Source: Eledone cirrhosa (Eukaryota). Taken from it: a stretch of 64,000 nucleotides of DNA. Each line of letters starts with the position of its first letter. Within the stretch, counting starts at the first letter, position 1. The stretch spans positions 9,734,001 through 9,798,000 of the forward strand of contig OZ024745.1 of assembly GCA_964016885.1 (NCBI GenBank). Reading direction: 5' to 3'. Below, piece by piece: positions 1-14,100 of the stretch. The notes beneath the pieces were generated by a model. It saw only the letters and a program-made list of their open reading frames with translations. It did not search any database and was not told where the DNA came from. Both the position numbers and the translations under genes were made by a program.

Positions 1-162
1 AGTTTCAGAAGATCCCGTTAAGGGTGAAAGCAGCGATTCTTTGCTTAAACTTTAATCTGTTATTTTAATAAATATTTGCTCTATGGTTCTTATATATTTG
101 ATCTATATTTATCCTTATCGAGCCCTCTTTGGATTTTAGTCTTCAAATTTATTATTATTACT

Positions 163-211
163 ATATATATATATATATGTATATAGATAGATATATGTGT
201 ATATATGTGTG

Positions 212-244
<33 letters not shown>

Positions 245-309
245 GTATGTATATATATATACATATGTATGTATATATATATATACATATATATATAATA
301 TATATATAT
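163..309. repeat. (TA)n/(TG)n compound microsatellite
   Basis: Directly visible dinucleotide run. Confidence 0.95.
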
Positions 310-427
310 GTTAGTGAACGTAGAGTATCTACTGCGAGTTTGGTGGTTTCTGCTAGTTACCTTTTGAGAAGAGGTAACTAGCAGAAACGACTTAGCTTGT
401 AGTAGACACTCTACTTTCACTGATATA
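307..427. other. Long imperfect inverted repeat / hairpin (~59-bp arms, 3-nt loop)
   Basis: Positions pair as i + j = 734. Perfect 17-bp core GTTTCTGCTAGTTACCT/AGGTAACTAGCAGAAAC. As + strand RNA there are 4 true mismatches and 7 G-U pairs. Confidence 0.92.
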
Positions 428-494
428 CCCACTCTACATGTATTGAGTACTTCTTTCATTTGTAGTCTTCCTAGTCCCAGTAACACAGACTATC

Positions 495-687
495 AATATA
501 TAATTATATAATATATATATAATTTATATATAATATATATAATATATAATTTATAAATAATGTATATATATATTATATAATATATATAAATAATTTATAT
601 ATATTATATAATATATATATAATTTATATATAATATATTATCTATAAATATATTATATATAAATTATATAATATATATATTATATAG

Positions 688-718
<31 letters not shown>

Positions 719-1047
719 ATATATATATACATTATATAATATATATATTATATAATATATATATTATATAATATATACATTATATAATATATATATTATA
801 TAATATATATATTATATAATGTATATATATATAATATATATTATATAATATATATATACATTATATATATTATATAATATATATATATATATATAATATA
901 TTATATTATATATATACATTATATAATATATATATATATATATATAATATATATATATACATTATATAATATATATATATACATTATATAATATATATAT
1001 ATATATTATATAATATTATATATATATTATATAATATATATATATAA
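495..1047. repeat. AT-rich low-complexity tract ((TA)n with TATTATATAA motifs)
   Basis: Almost entirely A/T over ~550 bp. Confidence 0.95.
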
Positions 1048-1309
1048 TGAATCTCAATCAATGATTATCAGTTGGCAGGAGTTGAGCAGTAGACAGATAT
1101 GTACATTGGTTAACATGAAGAAATATAACATTAGTAATCTTGCTTCTGTTCTTATTGTTATTGCTGTTGTTGTTGTTGTTGTGTGAGAGTCAAGTCGATG
1201 AATAGAATCAAAATAATAAGAAATTTCAAGGAGGTGATGGTAAGTTGGACCTCTTGCAGATGCGGAAAATACTTGCAAAATATTAATCTATCATAGCAGA
1301 CTGTTGGTT

Positions 1310-1321
1310 TCAAGCCCAGAC
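1310..1321 (-). CDS. GNB5: GNB5-like terminal coding exon (VWA-stop); 3' UTR continues toward position 1
   Basis: Minus strand reads TTTCTCCTTTCCAG|GTC TGG GCT TGA: a strong acceptor followed by exactly the conserved Gbeta5 C-terminus VWA*, in phase with the previous exon. Confidence 0.88.
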   Translation of the reverse strand, partial: VWA

Positions 1322-1480
1322 CTGGAAAGGAGAAATAATTGAGTAAAAGTGAATATCCACAATATGGCTGAAATAATGTACTTGGATAGCTGGTTTATTG
1401 GACTTTCCAACAGTGGGTGTCTTATAAAAAGTGGTACTCAATTGGCAAGCAAATATGGTGCTTCAGGGCAGTGACTTACC

Positions 1481-1673
1481 TCATCACTGTTTTACGTCCG
1501 TTCTTCCATGCTAGCATGGGTTAGACGGGTTGTCCTGTTGTGGGCAGTGTCTGGTCGGCTGACCATGCCTTGCTCATACAGGAACTGATTTTGGCTTGAT
1601 TTCTACAGCTGGATGTCTTTCCTACCACCAACCTCATTTACAGTGAGTGCTGGGTGCTTTTTTTCTGTGGCGC
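1481..1673 (-). mobile_element. Dispersed retroposon segment with RTE-type 3' tail (SINE 3' half or LINE 3' region)
   Basis: Minus strand ends ...CCGTCTAACCCATGCTAGCATGGAAGAACGGACGTAAAACAGTGATGA. Similar tails occur at 25171-25220, 27870-27915 and 29397-29445; the body is colinear with 25171-25892. Confidence 0.75.
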
Positions 1674-1939
1674 CTACACCTTTTTATGCAGCTGTCATCC
1701 TTCATACGCATCACATGTCCATACCAACGCAACCGCCTCTCCTGCACACAGCATATAATTCCTCTTATGCTCAGTCTCTCTCTCAATTCATTTCTGCTTT
1801 GCCGTTAGCGTATATTACTATTACACATCCATCGGAGCATGCAGGCTTCGTTTCTCTCTAATCTACGCAAGTCTTCCACCTTCAGTGCACAGGTCTCACT
1901 ACCATGTAACATAGCTGTTCGTATACACACATCATACAT
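1674..1939 (-). mobile_element. Decayed RTE-clade LINE fragment (region C-terminal to the RT core)
   Basis: Translates YDVCIRTAMLHGSETCALKVEDLRRLERNEACMLRWMC...*...ERRLRWYGHVMRM. LxGSET(W) and RLRWxGHVxRM are typical RTE ORF motifs; one internal stop. Confidence 0.88.
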
Positions 1940-2185
1940 ACTAAATATAGTAGGGTTTCACATACGTAATATACAGTGAATTGAAGAATTATCTAAGCCA
2001 TTATTTATAAAAAAAACAAAAAAAATAAAACAAGCAAGGATTTAACGCTAATAATATCAATAGATCAACATGTTAATAGATCAACAGGATAAACAATACA
2101 GACAATGCTAATTATAAAGAATTGGAAAAATGGCTATCAGTTGATTTGATGGGAATTAACTCTTGTTTATTGTATTTTGACTTGA

Positions 2186-5100
2186 TTTCTACAGCTGGCT
2201 GTCCTTCCTATTACCAACCACATTACAGTGTGGACTGGGAGACAGGTTTCTACAGCTGGCTGTCCTTCCTAACACCAACCACACTACAGTGTGGACTGGG
2301 AGACAGGTATCTACAGCTGGCTGTCCTTCCTAACACCAACCACATTACAGTGTGGACTGGGAGACAGGTTTCTACAGCTGGCTGTCCTTGCTAACACCAA
2401 CCACATTACAGTGTGGACTGGGAGACAGGTATCTACAGCTGGCTGTTCTTCCTAACACCAACCACACTACAGTGTGGACTGGGAGAAAGGTATCTACAGC
2501 TGGCTGTCCTTCCTAACACCAACCACATTACAGTGTGGACTGGGAGACAGGTTTCTACAGCTGGCTGTCCTTCCTAACACCAACCAACTACAGTGTGGAC
2601 AGGGAGAAAGGTTTCTACAGCTGGCTGTCCTTCCTAACACCAACCACACAACAGTGTGGACTGGGAGACAGGTATCTACAGCTGGCTGTCCTTCCTAACA
2701 CCAACCACACTACAGTGTAGACTGGGAGAAAGGTATCTACAGCTGGCTGTCCTTCCTAACACCAACCACACTACAGTGTGGACTGGGAGACAGGTTTCTA
2801 CAGCTGGCTGTCCTTCCTAACACCAACCACACAACAGTGTGGACTGGGAGACAGGTATCTACAGCTGGCTGTCCTTCCTAACACCAACCACACTACAGTG
2901 TGGACTGGGAGACAGGTTTCTACAGCTGGCTGTCCTACCTAACACCAACCACATTACAGTGTGAACTGGGAGACAGGTTTCTACAGCTGGCTGTCCTTCC
3001 TAACACCAACCACACTACAGTGTGGACTGGGAGAAAGGTATCTACAGCTGGCTGTCCTTCCTAACACCAACCACATTACAGTGTGGACTGGGAGAAAGGT
3101 ATCTACAGCTGGCTGTCCTTCCTAACACCAACCACACTACAGTGTGGACTGGGAGAAAGGTATCTACAGCTGGCTGTCCTTCCTAACACCAACCACACTA
3201 CAGTGTGGACTGGGAGACAGGTTTCTACAGCTGGCTGTCCTTCCTAACACCAACCACATTACAGTGTGGACTGGGAGACAGGTTTCTACAGCTGGCTGTC
3301 CTTCCTAACACCAACCAACTACAGTGTGGACAGGGAGAAAGGTTTCTACAGCTGGCTGTCCTTCCTAACACCAACCACACAACAGTGTGGACTGGGAGAC
3401 AGGTATCTACAGCTGGCTGTCCTTCCTAACACCAACCACACTACAGTGTAGACTGGGAGAAAGGTATCTACAGCTGGCTGTCCTTCCTAACACCAACCAC
3501 ACTACAGTGTGGACTGGGAGACAGGTTTCTACAGCTGGCTGTCCTTCCTAACACCAACCACACAACAGTGTGGACTGGGAGACAGGTATCTACAGCTGGC
3601 TGTCCTTCCTAACACCAACCACACTACAGTGTGGACTGGGAGACAGGTTTCTACAGTTGGCTGTCCTACCTAACACCAACCACATTACAGTGTGAACTGG
3701 GAGACAGGTTTCTACAGCTGGCTGTCCTTCCTAACACCAACCACACTACAGTGTGGACTGGGAGAAAGGTATCTACAGCTGGCTGTCCTTCCTAACACCA
3801 ACCACATTACAGTGTGGACTGGGAGAAAGGTATCTACAGCTGGCTGTCCTTCCTAACACCAACCACACTACAGTGTGGACTGGGAGACAGGTTACTACAG
3901 CTGGCTATCCTTCCTAACACCAACCACACTACAGTGTGGACTGGGAGACAGGTTTCTACAGCTGGCTGTCCTTCCTAACACCAACCACACTACAGTGTGG
4001 ACTGGGAGAAAGGTATCTACAGCTGTCTGTCCTTCCTAACACCAACCACACAACAGTGTGGACTGGGAGACAGGTATCTACAGCTGGCTGTCCTTCCTAA
4101 CACCAACCACACAACAGTGTGGACTGGGAGACAGGTATCTACAGCTGGCTGTCCTTCCTAACACCAACCACACTACAGTGTGGACTGGGAGAAAGGTATC
4201 TACAGCTGGCTGTCCTTCCTAACACCAACCACATTACAGTGTGGACTGGGAGACAGGTATCTACAGCTGGCTGCCCTTCCTAACACCAACCACACTACAG
4301 TGTGGACTGGGAGAAAGGTATCTACAGCTGGCTGTCCTTCCTAACACCAACCACACTACAGTGTGGACTGGGAGACAGTTTTCTACGGCTGGCTGTCCTT
4401 CCTAACACCAACCACATTACAGTGTGGACTGGGAGACAGGTATCTACAGCTGGCTGTCCTTCCTAACACCAACCACACTACAGTGTGGACTGGGAGAAAG
4501 GTATCTACAGCTGGCTGTCCTTCCTAACACCAACCACACTACAGTGTGGACTGGGAGAAAGGTTTCTACAGCTGGCTGTCCTTCCTAACACCAACCACAT
4601 TACAGTGTGGACTGGGAGACAGTTTTCTACAGCTGGCTGTCCTTCCTAACACCAACCACATTACAGTGTGGACTGGGAGACAGGTATCTACAGCTGGCTG
4701 TCCTTCCTAACACCAACCACACTACAGTGTGGACTGGGAGAAAGGTATCTACAGCTGGCTGTCCTTCCTAACACCAACCACACTACAGTGTGGACTGGGA
4801 GACAGGTTTCTACAGCTGGCTGTCCTTCCTAACACCAACCACATTACAGTGTGGACTGGGAGACAGGTATCTACAGCTGGCTGTCCTTCCTAACACCAAC
4901 CACACTACAGTGTGGACTGGGAGAAAGGTATCTACAGCTGGCTGTCCTTCCTAACACCAACCACACTACAGTGTGGACTGGGAGACAGGTTTCTACAGCT
5001 GGCTGTCCTTCCTAACACCAACCACACTACAGTGTGGACTGGGTGACAGGTTTCTACAGCTGGCTGTCCTTCCTAACACCAACCACATTACAGTGTGGAC

Positions 5101-8100
5101 TGGGAGAAAGGTATCTACAGCTGGCTGTCCTTCCTAACACCAACCACACTACAGTGTGGACTGGGTGACAGGTTTCTACAGCTGGCTGTCCTTCCTAACA
5201 CCAACCACACTACAGTGTGGACTGGGTGACAGGTTTCTACAGCTGGCTGTCCTTCCTAACACCAACCACACTACAGTGTGGACTGGGTGACAGGTATCTA
5301 CAGCTGGCTGTCCTTCCTAACACCAACCACACTACAGTGTGGACTGGGTGACAGGTTTCTACAGCTGGCTGTCCTTCCTAACACCAACCACATTACAGTG
5401 TGGACTGGGAGACAGGTTTCTACAGCTGGCTGTCCTTCCTAACACCAACCACACTACAGTGTGGACTGGGAGACAGGTTTCTACAGCTGGCTGTCCTTCC
5501 TAACACCAACCACACTACAGTGTGGACTGGGTGACAGGTTTCTACAGCTGGCTGTCCTTCCTAACACCAACCACACTACAGTGTGGACTGGGAGAAAGGT
5601 ATCTACAGCTGGCTGTCCTTCCTAACACCAACCACACTACAGTGTGGACTGGGAGACAGGTTTCTACAGCTGGCTGTCCTTCCTAACACCAACCACACTA
5701 CAGTGTGGACTGGGTGACAGGTTTCTACAGCTGGCTGTCCTTCCTAACACCAACCACATTACAGTGTGGACTGGGAGAAAGGTATCTACAGCTGGCTGTC
5801 CTTCCTAACACCAACCACACTACAGTGTGGACTGGGTGACAGGTTTCTACAGCTGGCTGTCCTTCCTAACACCAACCACACTACAGTGTGGACTGGGTGA
5901 CAGGTTTCTACAGCTGGCTGTCCTTCCTAACACCAACCACACTACAGTGTGGACTGGGTGACAGGTATCTACAGCTGGCTGTCCTTCCTAACACCAACCA
6001 CACTACAGTGTGGACTGGGTGACAGGTTTCTACAGCTGGCTGTCCTTCCTAACACCAACCACATTACAGTGTGGACTGGGAGACAGGTTTCTACAGCTGG
6101 CTGTCCTTCCTAACACCAACCACACTACAGTGTGGACTGGGAGACAGGTTTCTACAGCTGGCTGTCCTTCCTAACACCAACCACACTACAGTGTGGACTG
6201 GGTGACAGGTTTCTACAGCTGGCTGTCCTTCCTAACACCAACCACATTACAGTGTGGACTGGGAGAAAGGTATCTACAGCTGGCTGTCCTTCCTAACACC
6301 AACCACACTACAGTGTGGACTGGGTGACAGGTTTCTACAGCTGGCTGTCCTTCCTAACACCAACCACACTACAGTGTGGACTGGGTGACAGGTTTCTACA
6401 GCTGGCTGTCCTTCCTAACACCAACCACACTACAGTGTGGACTGGGTGACAGGTATCTACAGCTGGCTGTCCTTCCTAACACCAACCACACTACAGTGTG
6501 GACTGGGTGACAGGTTTCTACAGCTGGCTGTCCTTCCTAACACCAACCACATTACAGTGTGGACTGGGAGACAGGTATCTACAGCTGGCTGTCCTTCCTA
6601 ACACCAACCACACTACAGTGTGGACTGGGAGAAAGGTATCTACAGCTGGCTGTCCTTCCTAACACCAACCACATTACAGTGTGGACTGGGAGACAGGTAT
6701 CTACAGCTGGTTGCCCTTCCTAACACCAACCACATTACAGTGTGGACTGGGAGAAAGGTATCTACAGCTGGCTGTCCTTCCTAACACCAACCACACTACA
6801 GTGTGGACTGGGAGAAAGGTATCTACAGCTGGCTGTCCTACCTAACACCAACCACACTACAGTGTGGACTGGGAGACAGGTATCTACAGCTGGCTGTCCT
6901 ACCTAACACCAACCACATTACAGTGTGGACTGGGAGACAGGTTTCTACAGCTGGCTGTCCTACCTAACACCAACCACACCACAGTGTGGACTGGGAGACA
7001 GGTATCTACAGCTGGCTGTCCTTCCTAACACCAACCACATTACAGTGTGGACTGGGAGACAGGTTTCTACAGCTGGCTGTCCTACCTAACACCAACCACA
7101 TTACAGTGTGGACTGGGAGACAGGTATCTACAGCTGGCTGTCCTACCTAACACCAACCACATTACAGTGTGGACTGGGAGACAGGTTTCTACAGCTGGCT
7201 GTCCTTCCTAACACCAACCACATTACAGTGTGGACTGGGAGACAGGTATCTACAGCTGGCTGCCCTTCCTACCACCAACCACATTACAGTGTGGACTGGG
7301 AGACAGGTATCTACAGCTGGCTGTCCTTCCTAACACCAACCACATTACAGTGTGGACTGGGAGAAAGGTATCTACAGCTGGCTGTCCTTCCTAACACCAA
7401 CCACACAACAGTGTGGACTGGGAGACAGGTATCTACAGCTGGCTGTCCTTCCTAACACCAACCACACTACAGTGTGGACTGGGAGACAGGTATCTACAGC
7501 TGGCTGTCCTTCCTAACACCAACCACACTACAGTGTGGACTGGGAGAAAGGTATCTACAGCTGGCTGTCCTTCCTAACACCAACCACACTACAGTGTGGA
7601 CTGGGAGAAAGGTTTCTACAGCTGGCTGTCCTTCCTAACACCAACCACATTACAGTGTGGACTGGGAGACAGGTTTCTACAGCTGGCTGTCCTTCCTAAC
7701 ACCAACCACATTACAGTGTGGACTGGGAGACAGGTATCTACAGCTGGCTGTCCTTCCTAACACCAACCACACTACAGTGTGGACTGGGAGAAAGGTATCT
7801 ACAGCTGGCTGTCCTTCCTAACACCAACCACACTACAGTGTGGACTGGGAGACAGGTTTCTACAGCTGGCTGTCCTTCCTAACACCAACCACATTACAGT
7901 GTGGACTGGGAGACAGGTATCTACAGCTGGCTGTCCTTCCTAACACCAACCACACTACAGTGTGGACTGGGAGAAAGGTATCTACAGCTGGCTGTCCTTC
8001 CTAACACCAACCACATTACAGTGTGGACTGGGAGACAGGTATCTACAGCTGGCTGTCCTTCCTAACACCAACCACACTACAGTGTGGACTGGGAGAAAGG

Positions 8101-11100
8101 TATCTACAGCTGGCTGTCCTTCCTAACACCAACCACATTACAGTGTGGACTGGGAGACAGGTATCTACAGCTGGCTGCCCTTCCTAACACCAACCACATT
8201 ACAGTGTGGACTGGGAGAAAGGTATCTACAGCTGGCTGTCCTTCCTAACACCAACCACACTACAGTGTGGACTGGGAGAAAGGTATCTACAGCTGGCTGT
8301 CCTACCTAACACCAACCACACTACAGTGTGGACTGGGAGACAGGTATCTACAGCTGGCTGTCCTACCTAACACCAACCACATTACAGTGTGGACTGGGAG
8401 ACAGGTATCTACAGCTGGCTGTCCTTCCTAACACCAACCACATTACAGTGTGGACTGGGAGACAGGTTTCTACAGCTGGCGGTCCTACCTAACACCAACC
8501 ACATTACAGTGTGGACTGGGAGACAGGTATCTACAGCTGGCTGTCCTACCTAACACCAACCACACTACAGTCAGGACTGGGAGACAGGTTTCTACAGCTG
8601 GCTGTCCTTCCTAACACCAACCACATTACAGTGTGGACTGGGAGACAGGTATCTACAGCTGGCTGTCCTTCCTAACACCAACCGCATTACAGTGTGGACT
8701 GGGAGACAGGTTTCTACAGCTGGCTGTCCTTCCTAACACCAACCACACTACAGTGTGGACTGGGAGACAGGTTTCTACAGCTGGCTGTCCTTCCTAACAC
8801 CAACCACATTACAATGTGGACAGGGAGACAGGTATCTACAGCTGGCTGCCCTTCCTAACACCAACCACACTACAGTGTGGACTGGGAGACAGGTTTCTAC
8901 AGCTGGCTGTCCTTCCTAACACCAACCACATAACAGTGTGGACTGGGAGAAAGGTATCTACAGCTGGCTTTCCTTCCTAACACCAACCACATTACAGTGT
9001 GGACTGGGAGAAAGGTATCTACAGCTGGCTGTCCTTCCTAACACCAACCACATTACAGTGTGGACTGGGAGACAGGTTTCTACAGCTGGCTGTCCTTCCT
9101 AACACCAACCACACTACAGTGTGGACTGGGAGTCAGGTATCTACAGCTGGCTGTCCTTCCTAACACCAACCACACTACAGTGTGGACTGGGAGACAGGTA
9201 TCTACAGCTGGCTGTCCTTCCTAAGACCAACCACACTACAGTGTGGACTGGGAGACAGGTATCTACAGCTGGCTGTCCTTCCTAACACCAACCACACTAC
9301 AGTGTGGACTGGGAGACAGGTATCTACAGCTGGCTGTCCTTCCTAACACCAACCACATTACAGTGTGGACTGGGAGACAGGTATCTACAGCTGGCTGTCC
9401 TTCCTAACACCAACCACACTACAGTGTGGACTGGGAGACAGGTATCTATAGCTGGCTGTCCTTCCTAACACCAACCACACTACAGTGTGGACTGGGAGAC
9501 AGGTATCTACAGCTGGCTGTCCTTCCTAAGACCAACCACACTACAGTGTGGACTGGGAGACAGGTATCTACAGCTGGCTGTCCTTCCTAACACCAACCAC
9601 ACTACAGTGTGGACTGGGAGACAGGTATCTACAGCTGGCTGTCCTTCCTAACACCAACCACACTACAGTGTGGACTGGGAGACAGGTATCTACAGCTGGC
9701 TGTCCTTCCTAACACCAACCACATTACAGTGTGGACTGGGAGACAGGTATCTACAGCTGGCTGTCCTTCCTAACACCAACCACACTACAGTGTGGACTGG
9801 GAGACAGGTTTCTACAGCTGGCTGTCCTTCCTAACACCAACCACACTACAGTGTGGACTGGGAGAAATGTATCTAAAGCTGGCTGTCCTTCCTAACACCA
9901 ACCACATTACAGTGTGGACTGGGAGACAGGTTTCTACAGCTGGCTGTCCTACCTAACATCAACCACACTACAGTGTGGACTGGGAGAAAGGTATCTACAG
10001 CTGGCTGTCCTTCCTAACACCAACCACATTACAGTGTGGACTGGGAGACAGGTATCTACAGCTGGCTGTCCTTCCTAACACCAACCACACTACAGTGTGG
10101 ACTGGGAGACAGGTATCTACAGCTGGCTGTCCTTGCTAACACCAACCACACTACAGTGTGGACTGGGAGAAAGGTATCTACAGCTGGCTGTCCTTCCTAA
10201 CACCAACCACATTACAGTATGGACTGGGAGACAGGTATCTACAGCTGGCTGTCCTACCTAACACCAACCACACTACAGTGTGGACTGGGAGAAAGGTATC
10301 TACAGCTGGCTGTCCTTCCTAACCCCAACCACATTACAGTGTGGACTGGGAGAAAGGTATCTACAGCTGGCTGTCCTTCCTAACACCAACCACATTACAG
10401 TGTGGACTGGGAGACAGGTATCTACAGCTGGCTGTCCTTCCTAACACCAACCACACTACAGTGTGGACTGGGAGACAGGTATCTACAGCTGGCTGTCCTT
10501 GCTAACACCAACCACACTACAGTGTGGACTGGGAGAAAGGTTTCTACAGCTGGCTGTCCTTTCTAACACCAACCACATTACAGTGTGGACTGGGAGATAG
10601 GTATCTACAGCTGGCTGTCCTACCTAACACCAACCACACTACAGTGTGGACTGGGAGAAAGGTATCTACAGCTGGCTGTCCTTCCTAACACCAACCACAC
10701 TACTGTGTGGACTGGGAGAAAGGTATCTACAGCTGGCTGTCCTTGCTAACACCAACCACACTACAGTGTGGACTGGGAGAAAGGTATCTACAGCTGGCTG
10801 TCCTTCCTAACACCAACCACATTACAGTGTGGACTGGGAGAAAGGTATCTACAGCTGGCTGTCCTTCCTAACACCAACCACATTACAGTGTGGACTGGGA
10901 GAAAGGTATCTACAGCTGGCTGTCCTTCCTAACACCAACCACATTACAGTGTGGACTGGGAGACAGGTTTCTACAGCTGGCTGTCCTTCCTAACACCAAC
11001 CACACTACAGTGTGGACTGGGAGACAGGTATCTACAGCTGGCTGTCCTTCCTAACACCAACCACATTACAATGTGGACTGGGAGAAAGGTATCTACAGCT

Positions 11101-14100
11101 GGCTGTCCTTCCTAACACCAACCACACTAGAGTGTGGACTGGGAGACAGGTTTCTACAGCTGGCTGTCCTACCTAACACCAACCACACTACAGTGTGGAC
11201 TGGGAGACAGGTTTCTACAGCTGGCTGTCCTTCCTAACACCAACCACATTACAGTGTGGACTGGGAGACAGGTTTCTACAGCTGGCTGTCCTTCCTAACA
11301 CCAACCACACTACAGTATTGACCGGGAGACAGGTATCTACAGCTGGCTGTCCTTCCTAACACCAACCACATTACAGTGTGGACTGGGAGACAGGTATCTA
11401 CAGCTGGCTGTCCTTCCCAACACCAACCACACTACAGTGTGGACTGGGAGACAGGTATCTACAGCTGGATGTCCTTCCTAACACCAACCACATTACAATG
11501 TGGACTGGGAGAAAGGTATCTACAGCTGGCTGTCCTTCCTAACACCAACCACATTACAGTGTGGACAGGGAGACAGGTATCTACAGCTGGCTGTCCTTCC
11601 TAACACCAACCACATTACAGTGTGGACTGGGAGACAGGTATCTACAGCTGGCTGTCCTTCCTAACACCAACCCCACAACAGTGTGGACTGGGAGACAGGT
11701 ATCTACAGCTGGCTGTCCTTCCTAACACCAACCACACTACAGTGTGGACTGGGAGACAGGTATCTACAGCTGGCTGTCCTTCCTAACACCAACCACACTA
11801 CAGTGTGGACAGGGAGACAGGTATCTACAGCTGGCTGTCCTTCCTAACACCAACCACACTACAGTGTGGACTGGGAGACAGGTATCTACAGCTGGCTGTC
11901 CTTCCTAACACCAACCACATTACAGTGTGGACTGGGAGACAGGTTTCTACAGCTGGCTGTCCTTCCTAACACCAACCACACTACAGTGTGGACTGGGAGA
12001 CAGGTATCTACAGCTGGCTGTCCTTCCTAACACCAACCACATTACAGTGTGGACTGGGAGAAAGGTATCTACAGCTGGCTGTCCTTCCTAACACCAACCA
12101 CACTACAGTATTGACTGGGAGACAGTTTTCTACAGCTGGCTGTCCTTCCTAACACCAACCACACTACAGTGTGGACTGGGAGACAGGTATCTACAGCTGG
12201 CTGTCCTTCCTAACACCAACCACACTACAGTGTGGACTGGGAGAAAGGTATCTACAGCTGGCTGTCCTTCCTAACACCAACCACATTACAGTGTGGACTG
12301 GGAGAAAGGTTTCTACAGCTGGCTGTCCTTCCTAACACCAACCACATTACAGTGTGGACTGGGAGACAGGTTTCTACAGCTGGCTGTCCTTCCTAACACC
12401 AACCACATTACAGTGTGGACTGGGAGACAGGTATCTACAGCTGGCTGTCCTTCCTAACACCAACCACACTACAGTGTGGACTGGGAGAAAGGTATCTACA
12501 GCTGGCTGTCCTTCCTAACACCAACCACACTACAGTGTGGACTGGGAGACATGTTTCTACAGCTGGCTGTCCTTCCTAACACCAACCACATTACAGTGTG
12601 GACTGGGAGACAGGTATCTACAGCTGGCTGTCCTTCCTAACACCAACCACACTACAGTGTGGACTGGGAGAAAGGTATCTACAGCTGGCTGTCCTTCCTA
12701 ACACCAACCACACTACAGTGTGGACTGGGAGACAGGTTTCTACAGCTGGCTGTCCTTCCTAACACCAACCACATTACAGTGTGGACTGGGAGACAGGTAT
12801 CTACAGCTGGCTGTCCTTCCTAACACCAACCACACTACAGTGTGGACTGGGAGAAAGGTATCTACAGCTGGCTGTCCTTCCTAACACCAACCACACTACA
12901 GTGTGGACTGGGAGACAGGTTTCTACAGCTGGCTGTCCTTCCTAACACCAACCACATTACAGTGTGGACTGGGAGACAGGTATCTACAGCTGGCTGTCCT
13001 TCCTAACACCAACCACACTACAGTGTGGACTGGGAGAAAGGTATCTACAGCTGGCTGTCCTTCCTAACACCAACCACATTACAGTGTGGACTGGGAGACA
13101 GGTATCTACAGCTGGCTGTCCTTCCTAACACCAACCACATTACAGTGTGGACTGGGAGAAAGGTATCTACAGCTGGCTGTCCTTCCTAACACCAACCACA
13201 CTACAGTGTGGACTGGGAGAAAGGTATCTACAGCTGGCTGTCCTACCTAACACCAACCACACTACAGTGTGGACTGGGAGACAGGTATCTACAGCTGGCT
13301 GTCCTACCTAACACCAACCACATTACAGTGTGGACTGGGAGACAGGTTTCTACAGCTGGCTGTCCTACCTAACACCAACCACACTACAGTGTGGACTGGG
13401 AGACAGGTATCTACAGCTGGCTGTCCTTCCTAACACCAACCACATTACAGTGTGGACTGGGAGACAGATTTCTACAGCTGGCGGTCCTACCTAACACCAA
13501 CCACATTACAGTGTGGACTGGGAGACAGGTATCTACAGCTGGCTGTCCCACCTAACACCAACCACACTACAGTCAGGACTGGGAGACAGGTTTCTACAGC
13601 TGGCTGTCCTTCCTAACACCAACCACATTACAGTGTGGACTGGGAGACAGGTATCTACAGCTGGCTGTCCTTCCTAACAACAACCACACTACAGTGTGGA
13701 CTGGGAGACAGGTTTCTACAGCTGGCTGTCCTTCCTAACACCAACCACATTACAATGTGGACAGGGAGACAGGTATCTACAGCTGGCTGTCCTTCCTAGC
13801 ACCAACCACATTACAGTGTGGACTGGGAGAAAGGTATCTACAGCTGGCTGTCCTTCCTAACACCAACCACATTACAGTGTGGACTGGGAGACAGGTTTCT
13901 ACAGCTGGCTGTCCTTCCTAACACCAACCACACTACAGTGTGGACTGGGAGTCAGGTATCTACAGCTGGCTGTCCTTCCTAACACCAACCACACTACAGT
14001 GTGGACTGGGAGACAGGTTTCTACAGCTGGCTGTCATTCCCAACACCAACCACACTACAGTGTGGACTGGGAGACAGGTATCTACAGCTGGCTGGCCTTC

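Noticed and set aside
129-486. Tyr/Ile-rich ORFs
   Set aside because: Translations of the (TA)n microsatellite.
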